Assembly: GCF_000299365.1 (NCBI RefSeq)
Contig: NC_018655.1
Location: 450,001 to 482,000, forward strand
DNA: 32,000 bases
Source: Candidatus Nitrosopumilus koreensis AR1
GTDB lineage: Archaea > Thermoproteota > Nitrososphaeria > Nitrososphaerales > Nitrosopumilaceae
Direction: 5' to 3'
Shown: one piece after another, positions 8,932-16,656 of the stretch
Layout of the letters: each line of letters begins with the position of its first letter
Position numbering within the stretch: position 1 is the first letter of the stretch
The notes under the pieces: model-generated
Database searches by the model: none
Told to the model about the DNA's origin: nothing
What the model saw: only the letters and a program-made list of their open reading frames with translations
Made by a program: the position numbers and the translations under genes

Positions 8932-9948
8932 ATGGATGAACTAGACAAAGAACTTCTTAATGAAATTCAATGGACTTTTCCATTAGTTACTAGGCCATTT
9001 GATGCAATTGCAAAAAAATTTGACACTACTCCTGAGATTGTTAAAGAACGCCTAAAACAACTAAAAGAAATTGGCGTTTTAAGACAGCTTAGCGCAATTT
9101 TTGATACTAGAAAACTAGGTTACACAAGTTCCTTGGTAGCAATGGAAATAGAATCTGACAAACTAGAATCTGTTGCAAGCCAGATTAATCGTCATCCTGG
9201 TGTCAGTCATAATTATGAACGTGACCATCAGTTTAATCTCTGGTTCACTTTGGCCGTTCCTCCTGGTTCTGATCTAAAAACAGAACTTGAAAAATTCAAT
9301 GTTCTAAAAGGAATTAAAAAAGTCAGAATGCTCCCTACATTACAATTATTCAAAATAGGTGTAAAACTTGACATGGTTGATGAAAAGAAGCATGATGTTG
9401 CACCAACTGAGGAGAAAAAAGAAATTAAAAATGTAAAATTTGAACCAACTGAACAAGACAAAGATTTCATCCGTGAATTACAAAAAGACATGGACATAAT
9501 TGATGAACCATTTGTAAAAGCTGCTAACAATCTTGGAATATCTGAAAATGAATTATTTGAAAAGATGAAATATTATGAAGAAATTGGAGTAATGAGACGT
9601 TTTGCAGCAATTTTAAGACATAGACAAGTAGGATTTACTGCAAACGGAATGATTGTTTGGAAAGTTCCTGAAGACAAAATTTCTGCTGTTGGTGCTCAAT
9701 TGGGTGCATTCCCTCAAGTAAGTCATTGTTATGAGAGACCTACATATCCTGATTGGCCTTACAATGTTTTTTCCATGATTCATTGTAAAACTCATGACGA
9801 GGCAAACAAAATGGCAAAAACAATTCAAGATCAAATTCATGTTGATGATTACAAAATTCTCTTTAGTTCACGTGAATTCAAAAAGACACGTGTTGAATAT
9901 TTTGTAGAAAACTCGTTTTCTCTAGAAGAAACGGTTCCTGCATCTTAA
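8932..9948 (+). CDS. fused two-module Lrp/AsnC-like protein, probable sirohaem decarboxylase (AhbA/AhbB, NirDL-like)
   Basis: There are two tandem modules, each with an HTH (ELDKELLNEIQ.. and DKDFIRELQ..) followed by a VSHNYERD or VSHCYERP motif typical of AhbA/B and NirD/L/G/H. The gene is divergent from the haem cluster. The ATG at 8932 is preferred over the TTG at 8899. Confidence 0.7.
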   Translation: MDELDKELLNEIQWTFPLVTRPFDAIAKKFDTTPEIVKERLKQLKEIGVLRQLSAIFDTRKLGYTSSLVAMEIESDKLESVASQINRHPGVSHNYERDHQFNLWFTLAVPPGSDLKTELEKFNVLKGIKKVRMLPTLQLFKIGVKLDMVDEKKHDVAPTEEKKEIKNVKFEPTEQDKDFIRELQKDMDIIDEPFVKAANNLGISENELFEKMKYYEEIGVMRRFAAILRHRQVGFTANGMIVWKVPEDKISAVGAQLGAFPQVSHCYERPTYPDWPYNVFSMIHCKTHDEANKMAKTIQDQIHVDDYKILFSSREFKKTRVEYFVENSFSLEETVPAS

Positions 9949-10282
9949 ATTTCATTTTCATCATGTCCTACGACATGAATTATACAAAAATACTGGTCAT
10001 TCATGTTGCAATAAAATGATGAATCTTTCCCACATTCTTTGCATGGTGGTTTTTCATCCTGTTCTGATAACTTTGTGTGGTAAACCTTGCTTCTACTTGT
10101 AATTCTGGAATCTTTGTAAATTCTTGTTAGGTTGGTATAGTATTCTAATTCTCCATGGTTTAACGGAACATCGTTTTTAATTTTTTAATAATTGATTCCC
10201 ATTTTTTATATTCGCCAATTTTTGCAAGTTTCATTCTCTCAATGACTTCTATGGTTTTTTGAGAATCTATTGGAAAATTCAT
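9945..10282 (-). pseudogene. small Cys/His-rich (zinc-binding-like) protein split by a frameshift at a poly-A run
   Basis: The first piece is MNFPIDSQKTIEVIERMKLAKIGEYKKWESIIKKLKTMFR*, running 10282 to 10160. A second frame then stays open to 9945 (..KIKNDVPLNHGELEYY..CKECGKDSSFYCNMNDQYFCIIHVVGHDENEI) but has no start codon of its own. One extra A in the run at 10181-10186 joins them into 339 nt (112 aa). Confidence 0.35.
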
Positions 10283-10289
10283 GCACAAA

Positions 10290-11287
10290 TTAATTTGCTT
10301 GAGGCGTTGCTTTTAATTCGTACTCAGGCCATGTGTTGTACAAATCATCAATTTCTTTCATGTCTGATGAACTCAAATATTTTCCATCTGAAATTGCTGC
10401 AAACATCTCAATTTCCTCTTCACTTACAACTGTAGGTAAAACTGATGCAATCTTGTTTTTTGATAAGATAAATTTGATTGCAAATTCTGTAATGTTTAGT
10501 CCGTTTCGTTCAGCAATTGGTCTGAATTGTTCTACTTTTTCTAATGCAGACTTTCTCCATTCTGCTTTTCTATCTTTTCTATGATCATTACTTGGAATCA
10601 CAGTGTCTGCTTTTACTTTACCTGTTAAAATTCCTGATGCATCTGGAACTCTAACAAGAATTCCCACATCTTTTTTTCTGCTTTTTGAATCAATTCATTT
10701 CCTGGAGTTTGCTCTAAGATATTGTAAACCGTTTGTATGGATGATACACTTTTTCTATCCATTGCTTCAAGTCCTTCTTGAGTCCACCCAATTGCTGGAC
10801 CGAGTGCAACTTGGGCTGCTTTAATTTTTCCTTCTTCCATCAGTGTATCAATGGTGTTAAATGTCTCATCATTTCTGATATGATGTAATTTTGGATTGTG
10901 TAATCCTAATGAATCAATGTAGTCTGTTTGAAGTCTTTCTAAACATGCTTCAAGTGCTTTTCTTGTATATTCTGGGCTATAATTTTGTGGAAGTTCTGTA
11001 TGACCAATCTGTTCAACATTTGAAAAATCATAACCATATTTTGTTGATATAACAATTTCATCTCTCATTCCTTTGAATACTTCACCTATGAGTTTCTCAC
11101 TTTTTCCTTTTCCATACATATCTGCAGTTTCAAAATAATTAATTCCTAAATCGTATGCTTTTTTGAGCATTCTTTTTGCCTCATCTTCTTCTATCTTCTT
11201 TCCCCACCAGTCTAAGGCAATACTCCATGCCCCAAATCCTATTTCTGAAACTTCAATTCCGCTCTTACCTAGTTTTTTGTATTTCAT
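10290..11287 (-). pseudogene. aldo/keto reductase interrupted by a -1 frameshift in a homopolymer
   Basis: The track ORFs 10625-11287 and 10290-10667 are the N- and C-terminal parts of one AKR (GFGAWSI.., ETADMYG.., ..GILVRVPDASGILTGKV). The frames meet at the T7 run at 10671-10677 (A7 on the coding strand). One added base gives 999 nt (332 aa). Confidence 0.8.
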
Positions 11288-11362
11288 CTTTTACACCTTA
11301 TTTTTAAGAGATATTTGAAATTTCTTCATTTATGTTTATCCAAGATTTGTACATTTGAAATT

Positions 11363-12054
11363 CTATCCTAAACTGGAAATTAGTGGCACGATATCCTTTT
11401 TGATACACACAATCATGGGGATGTCATTTTTTACATATGATGACACTTGGGTTTCCCTCAAATCCATTATCAGGTCTTGAAAATCTCTAACATTATCTAC
11501 TTCAAATGCTAACATGAAATCTTCATCATGTATTCCAAAGGAGTATGTCGTGTTTAGCACTACTTGTGGATATTTTTTACTCACTTCAATATGTTCATCC
11601 ATTATTTCTTGTCTTTTTTCTTGAGGTAAGAGATACCATTCACGAGTTTTTGTAAATGGATAAACTATGACGTGTTTTTTTGGTTCCATACCTGTAATGA
11701 ATCCATGTTCTTTTCCCTCTCCTTTTACATAGATTGATGGTCTTGAACACGATAGATATGTTCTAGATGGAATAATGTATTTTCCAAAAACAGTCTTGTA
11801 TATCTTTTCTATTGCTTTTTGAATTTCTTCTAATGAATTTCCAACAATGAATTTCCAACAAACCATAAAAGAAAATCTGCATCATCTCTTAATCCTAAAT
11901 TAGAATATGATCTATATTTTATTCCTGAATTTTTTAAAATATTTTCTACCTCTTTTGCAGATTCTTCTTTTGCTAAATCTGCCATCCATCTCCATTTTGG
12001 ATCAACTTTGAAAAATGAGAAATTGAAATAATATTGTTCATTGTTATCTGACAT
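11363..12054 (-). pseudogene. chlorite dismutase-family (Cld/HemQ/ChdC-like) protein disrupted by a 14-bp tandem duplication
   Basis: The track ORFs 11830-12054 and 11363-11866 are two halves of one gene. The C-terminal half carries YSFGIHDEDFMLAFEVDNVRDFQDLIMDLRETQVSSY, typical of the Cld family. Deleting one copy of the duplication restores a 678-nt (225-aa) ORF reading ..DADFLLWFVGNSLEEIQKAIEK... Confidence 0.75.
11832..11861. repeat. perfect tandem duplication of 14 bp (aatgaatttccaac x2, plus 2 bp)
   Basis: The copies at 11832-11845 and 11846-11859 are identical. The match extends two further bases. Confidence 0.95.
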
Positions 12055-12099
12055 GTTCTGTACAATTTGAAAACCCTATTTAAACAAAAACTAGATTTT

Positions 12100-12360
12100 C
12101 TAATGTGAAATTTCTATTATCTTTTCTTGATGTTTGTGACCCGATTTTATTTTGATTTGTGTGGTGGACACTCCAAAATGTTTTGCTAGTTTTTTGATAA
12201 TTTCCATATTTGCTTGTCCTTTGATTGGTTTTGATTTTAACCCTATGTTGATTTGATCTTCGTTAACTTCTAAAAATTCATTTGAAAATTCTACATGAAC
12301 TTTGAAAATCAATATGATTGCAGAAATTATTTTAATTATGCGGTTTGCTCTAAAACCCAA
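12100..12360 (-). CDS. DUF167 (YggU-like) small protein
   Basis: The segment IGLKSKPIKGQANMEIIKKLAKHFGVSTTQIKIKSGHKHQEKIIEI matches the DUF167 pattern (..P..GKAN..l...LA..l.v....i.i..G..s..K.i.i). The true start is probably internal (TTG at 12312), which would remove the overlap with sufC. Confidence 0.6.
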   Translation of the reverse strand: MGFRANRIIKIISAIILIFKVHVEFSNEFLEVNEDQINIGLKSKPIKGQANMEIIKKLAKHFGVSTTQIKIKSGHKHQEKIIEISH

Positions 12361-13106
12361 TCGTAACCTTCTGATTCGAGTTTATCTGCAAGTGATGCAT
12401 CACCTGTTTTGAGAACTTGCCCTCTTGCAAATACGTGTACAAAATCTAGTTTGTCTAAGAATTTTAAAATTCTTGCATAGTGAGTAATCACAATTATTGT
12501 TGAATCTTTTCCAGCAACTTTACTGATTGCTTTTGCAACTGCTTGAACTGCATCAATATCTAAACCAGAATCTGGCTCGTCTAAAATTGAAATCTTTGGC
12601 TTTAGTACTGCCATTTGTAAAACTTCTGCTCTTTTTTTCTCTCCTCCGGAGAATCCTTCGTTAAGATATCTTGAAAGAAATTCTTCTTTTAATCCAACTT
12701 TTTCTAAATTTTCTTTGAGATATTTTTGAAATTCTCTTACTGTGATGAAAACTTCTCTATCATCTCCTTCTAGTGCTTTACTTAAAGAGTTGTAAGCTGT
12801 TCTGAGAAAATGAGAGAATCCTACACCTGAAACTTCTGTTGGATATTGAAATCCTAGGAACAACCCTTTCTTTGCTCTTTCATCTGCAGTTAATTCTAAA
12901 ATGCTTTCACCGTCTAGCAAAATGTCTCCTTGTGTTACTTCGTATTTTGGATGTGCAAGTAATGTGTAAGCTAGTGTACTTTTTCCTGAACCATTAGGTC
13001 CCATAATGGCATGAACTTCTCCAGGACCTGTTTTCAGGTTAACTCCTTTGAGAATTTCCTTCCCTTCTCTTGTTACGTGAAGGTCTTTAATTTCAAGAAC
13101 TGCCAT
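12336..13106 (-). CDS. sufC: Fe-S cluster assembly ATPase SufC
   Basis: It has Walker A GPNGSGKST, the ABC signature FSGGEKKR and Walker B ILDEPDSGLD, followed by the H-loop region HYARIL. The ATG at 13106 is preferred over the TTG at 13115. Confidence 0.9.
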   Translation of the reverse strand: MAVLEIKDLHVTREGKEILKGVNLKTGPGEVHAIMGPNGSGKSTLAYTLLAHPKYEVTQGDILLDGESILELTADERAKKGLFLGFQYPTEVSGVGFSHFLRTAYNSLSKALEGDDREVFITVREFQKYLKENLEKVGLKEEFLSRYLNEGFSGGEKKRAEVLQMAVLKPKISILDEPDSGLDIDAVQAVAKAISKVAGKDSTIIVITHYARILKFLDKLDFVHVFARGQVLKTGDASLADKLESEGYDWVLEQTA

Positions 13107-13125
13107 GTTGCGCAATGTTTTGTTT

Positions 13126-13135
13126 CTATATATAA
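13126..13135 (-). promoter_or_regulatory. TATA box (TTATATATAG on the minus strand) upstream of sufC
   Basis: The element lies about 20-29 nt upstream of the sufC ATG at 13106. Confidence 0.4.
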
Positions 13136-13190
13136 TACCGACGAAATTTAGCTGATCCTAACGGGCATTTTTGATAATAAAATGAAAAGA

Positions 13191-13199
13191 GGGGGGGGG
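13191..13199. repeat. G9 homopolymer in the tfb-sufC intergenic spacer
   Basis: The run ggggggggg lies 3 nt downstream of the tfb stop (minus-strand sense). It is a conspicuous outlier in AT-rich sequence. Confidence 0.95.
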
Positions 13200-13201
13200 T
13201 G

Positions 13202-14158
13202 TTAATATTTGGCCAGAGATGGTCTCAATGTTATTTTGAGTTTGTAGCTTGTTAGAATCTCTTTACATCTATTTCTGATAGTAACTTCAGTTACTCCTGC
13301 AATACCTGAAACGTCTCTTTGGAGTACGTTTTGCCCTAGCAGTACTGATGACACATACAGATATGCTGCAGCAATTCCATTTGGAGCTTTTCCATCTGCA
13401 ATACTGCTATCTTTAGTTTTTTCTGCAATTTCTAAGGCTAATCTTTCGACTCTGACCTCAGTTTGTGTCATGTTTGCTATCTTTGAGATGTATTTGTCCA
13501 TGGTTACTACTGGGGCAGCTATTTGTCCCATTTCCATTACCATGGTTCTATAGTATCTTGCTGCAAGTTTTGTTTTTGATTTTACATCTTTTGCTGGACA
13601 TATTCCTCGAATAATTTCTTCTAGCGATCTTACTACATCACATTGTTTGCATGCCATGTAAATTGTAGCAGCTGTAATGCTTACTACTGATTTTCCCTTC
13701 ACATCAACATGTCCATCCAAGTTTCTGTATATCATAGAAGCAGTCTCCAACACATTTTTTGAAAGACCTAACCCGTCACATGTTTCACCCATTTTTGTTA
13801 AAACATTTGCAAGTCGTCTCTCTTTTGGTGAGGATACTCTTACTCTTTGTTGCCACTTTCTGAGATTGTGCATTTGGTTTGCAACTTCGTGATTGATTGT
13901 TTTTCCACTAAAGTCCTTTGTGCTAATTGCTATCTCAGTTGTGATTCCCAAATCGTGTTGGGAATAAGTTGTTTGTCCGGTTGCTCTTGCTAACTTCATT
14001 TTGTCTTCGAGATTCGAACTTATTGTTTCTGGACCATAATCTGCCACTTGATCTGCAACTACTACGCCACAGCCCGAGCAAATTATTTCTCCGTTCTGCA
14101 TGTCATTAACTACTGTTGCTTGACATTCAGGACAGTTTTGTTTTTCTAGTATGTTCAT
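13202..14158 (-). CDS. tfb: transcription initiation factor IIB (TFB)
   Basis: An N-terminal zinc ribbon CPECQATVVNDMQNGEIICSGCG is followed by two cyclin-like repeats (..AATIYMACKQC.. and ..AAAYLYVSSVLLG..). Confidence 0.9.
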   Translation of the reverse strand: MNILEKQNCPECQATVVNDMQNGEIICSGCGVVVADQVADYGPETISSNLEDKMKLARATGQTTYSQHDLGITTEIAISTKDFSGKTINHEVANQMHNLRKWQQRVRVSSPKERRLANVLTKMGETCDGLGLSKNVLETASMIYRNLDGHVDVKGKSVVSITAATIYMACKQCDVVRSLEEIIRGICPAKDVKSKTKLAARYYRTMVMEMGQIAAPVVTMDKYISKIANMTQTEVRVERLALEIAEKTKDSSIADGKAPNGIAAAYLYVSSVLLGQNVLQRDVSGIAGVTEVTIRNRCKEILTSYKLKITLRPSLAKY

Positions 14159-14424
14159 TTTCTTCTTCTCCTAAATTTTTTCTTTGAATTGTCAGGAGAA
14201 TACTCAGTTGCGAAAACACTTTTGCCAATGTATTTCTTGATGTTGTTTGTTAATGGAGTTGCGGATGCAAATGGTCTCCTTACTGGACCAATTAATTCCA
14301 TTACTTTTGCAACTCTAGTTCCCTTCTCGTCACAGAGTATTTGTCCTTCAACTAATTTGTTAGATAGTTGAATGATTACCCTGCCACTACCGGCTAGGTG
14401 CATTATTTCGCCTACCTCCTGCAA
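14155..14424 (-). CDS. gar1: H/ACA RNP component Gar1
   Basis: The sequence HLAGSGRVIIQL..EGQILCDEKGTRVAKVMELIGPVRRPFASATP matches archaeal Gar1, and the tail is basic. Its position immediately upstream of tfb is a common archaeal arrangement. The start is either TTG 14424 or ATG 14403. Confidence 0.75.
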   Translation of the reverse strand: MQEVGEIMHLAGSGRVIIQLSNKLVEGQILCDEKGTRVAKVMELIGPVRRPFASATPLTNNIKKYIGKSVFATEYSPDNSKKKFRRRRK

Positions 14425-14498
14425 TTAAAAACACTAATCATGGTATTCTTATCATAGACTTCTGTCAACTTTACTTTAGCTAAGAGCTAGATTTGATT

Positions 14499-14798
14499 TT
14501 ATTTTGATTGTTTGGACCTTTTTGCAACAAGTTTTTCGGAAATTTTGTTAAGAATTTTTGTCTTAGAGGATCCTTTTGGTAAAACAACATAACCTGATCT
14601 TACAAATGGTCTTTTTGGAAATCGTACTTTGTCATCCGATTCTGTAATTTCAAATCCTGCAGATTTTGTTGCATCCATTAGTTCTTTCAATGAAGGATCA
14701 AAAACACATTTTTCTAATCCTAGTCTTCGACCTTTTGATTTTTTTAAATTCTTGTTGAAATAATCCAACCAGATTACGACATGTTCGTAATCTTTCAT
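14499..14798 (-). CDS. srp19: signal recognition particle protein SRP19
   Basis: The sequence VIWLDYFNKNLKKSKGRRLGLEKCVFDPSLKELMDATKSAGF fits the SRP19 pattern (iwP.Yfd...sR.eGRRv). Confidence 0.8.
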   Translation of the reverse strand: MKDYEHVVIWLDYFNKNLKKSKGRRLGLEKCVFDPSLKELMDATKSAGFEITESDDKVRFPKRPFVRSGYVVLPKGSSKTKILNKISEKLVAKRSKQSK

Positions 14799-14799
14799 T

Positions 14800-15183
14800 T
14801 TATTCCTTTACTAAAATTGCGTTTACTATTCCGTTTTGTCCTGGTTTAGAAACAACTCTGCATTTTCCTTCTTGTGTTTCTAATATTGCGCCCTTTGTAA
14901 TAATTCCTCGTCTTTGGTAATCATTGTTTGTTGTGTTTTCTAAAACTTTGAGAATTTTTGTTTTCTTTACTTTAGCATCTCCTGTTGCTAAGTTAACAAA
15001 ATCAATTGCCTTTAGTGCAGTCTTTCTATTTTTTCCTCTAACATGTCTTGTTACTGTTACTTGAGCTCCTGTTACAGCTTCATTTGGATATCTATCTGTT
15101 TCATATTTTCTTCTAATTCTAAGTGGATGTCTTCTTCCTCCAGTTGTTTTACTGGTTGCCAAATTCTCTACTGATTTTCTCAC
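14800..15183 (-). CDS. rps8e: 30S ribosomal protein S8e (eS8)
   Basis: It has TTGGRRHPLRIRRKYETDRYP.. and RGIITKGAILETQEGKCRVVSKPGQNGIVNAILV. The start is a GTG. Confidence 0.9.
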   Translation of the reverse strand: MRKSVENLATSKTTGGRRHPLRIRRKYETDRYPNEAVTGAQVTVTRHVRGKNRKTALKAIDFVNLATGDAKVKKTKILKVLENTTNNDYQRRGIITKGAILETQEGKCRVVSKPGQNGIVNAILVKE

Positions 15184-15251
15184 GAAAACTTGTCTGAATT
15201 ACTCTAATTTATACAAAACGCAATAAATTAGCCTTAAAGCAAAAATCTTGC

Positions 15252-15830
15252 TTAGTTTACTTCTGTTACTATTTGTGGTGTAGGATTTGTATGTCTTGCA
15301 CTTGCTGTTTTTCTTACTTTTGAGAATAATCTCTGTTTGAGATCCTCGACATCTCCTTGAATTCCAAAATATTTTTGGAATTTTTCTGTGGTGGTGTAAA
15401 TTTTAATTCTTCCAACATTTTGATGACTAATGTAATCTAACTGTCTTAATTCTTTCAAATGTGCATAAACTCCTGACCCTCTAACTTCTACTAGCTGTTT
15501 TGATGATATTGGTTGTTGATATGCGATATATGATAATGTTTTGAGGGTGGCGTTTGGCAAAACTGGTTTTGAAGCATATTTTTTAACTGTGGCACTGTAC
15601 TCTGGTTTTAACTGCATGACATATGATCCATCTGGAAGTATGACTACTTCAAGTGCTTTGAAAGCAGACTTTGTCTTTTTCATTATATTTTGAAGAATAT
15701 CAAGTGTTTTTGTCCTTGATTCTGTGCCTGAGGCTTTAATGATGTCTTCTACTCGTAACGGTCTGCCTGCTGAGTAAAGCGCTGCCTCGACTCTTGCTGT
15801 TGCTTCATCAATACTTTCAATTTTGGCCAA
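15252..15830 (-). CDS. scpB: segregation and condensation protein B (ScpB)
   Basis: It has VEAALYSAGRPLRVEDI and a second winged-helix region LSYIAYQQPISSKQLVEVRG. The start is a TTG. Confidence 0.8.
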   Translation of the reverse strand: MAKIESIDEATARVEAALYSAGRPLRVEDIIKASGTESRTKTLDILQNIMKKTKSAFKALEVVILPDGSYVMQLKPEYSATVKKYASKPVLPNATLKTLSYIAYQQPISSKQLVEVRGSGVYAHLKELRQLDYISHQNVGRIKIYTTTEKFQKYFGIQGDVEDLKQRLFSKVRKTASARHTNPTPQIVTEVN

Positions 15831-15884
15831 TTATTCGTTCATTCCTATAAAATATAGTTAAAGAAACCCTTTCTTCATTTTTGA

Positions 15885-16574
15885 TCAGTTTGTTAATTCT
15901 TCTTTTATTACTGTGATTTTGATATCATCTTCAACCTGTTCCAAGTCTACTTTTTGGTCTCTTGCCAAAAATAATACTGCAAAGAAACATCTGATTGAAT
16001 CAACTGGGTCTAATTCTGAAATTATGTTCTGTAGTAATCCGTATCCTGCGCCTGCAATTTTTTTCATAACTAAGTCTTCATACTTTCCAATTATGCTTTC
16101 AAGTGAAATGAAATATTCTTGAAAGTCAGGTGCTTCAATTGGTTCTATCTCCACTTGTCTGTTTCTTCTTGACTGAGGATTTGCAATCGTGCCAATTAGA
16201 TTCTGTAACAACCCTAACAAATCATCTAATGACACTGGGTATGTGGATTCATGTCTATATGGCATATCAATTAAATCAATATCAACATCTGTTCTTTGAT
16301 GCATTGGTTTTTTCTCCATTGCTGCTCTTTGTAGTGCAAAAATACTCTCAACTTTCATCCTGTAAATTAACGACGATGAAAGTGCTGCCATTCCTGCTAC
16401 TTTGAGATCTTTCTTACCTGATTTTTCAAGAATTTTTATCAACAAGTTCAGAATTTGAATTAAATCAATCTCCCATACGTCTTTTTTTGCAACAGATTGA
16501 GGGCTAAATAGAATATTTACTGGTTCCTGAGAAATACTGCTGGGAGTAGATGGTTCACTCACACAAGCACTCAC
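15885..16574 (-). CDS. scpA: segregation and condensation protein A (ScpA, kleisin)
   Basis: It has an N-terminal DVWEIDLIQILNLLIKIL..AGMAALSSSLIYRMKVE and a C-terminal winged helix FFAVLFLARDQKVDLEQVEDDIKI. It lies directly upstream of scpB. The start is a GTG. Confidence 0.7.
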   Translation of the reverse strand: MSACVSEPSTPSSISQEPVNILFSPQSVAKKDVWEIDLIQILNLLIKILEKSGKKDLKVAGMAALSSSLIYRMKVESIFALQRAAMEKKPMHQRTDVDIDLIDMPYRHESTYPVSLDDLLGLLQNLIGTIANPQSRRNRQVEIEPIEAPDFQEYFISLESIIGKYEDLVMKKIAGAGYGLLQNIISELDPVDSIRCFFAVLFLARDQKVDLEQVEDDIKITVIKEELTN

Positions 16575-16656
16575 TTTTTACTCCATAATATCTAAGGGCT
16601 CTATTTTTTTCTCATATCCAGTCAACTCTTATATTGTTAGTATCAAAAATCATTTT

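Noticed and set aside
10160-10282. Treating the 40-aa ORF MNFPIDSQ...KLKTMFR as a complete stand-alone small gene.
   Set aside because: The adjacent frame stays open for 72 more codons with a Cys/His cluster but no start codon. A frameshifted single gene is therefore more parsimonious, although a stand-alone gene is not excluded.
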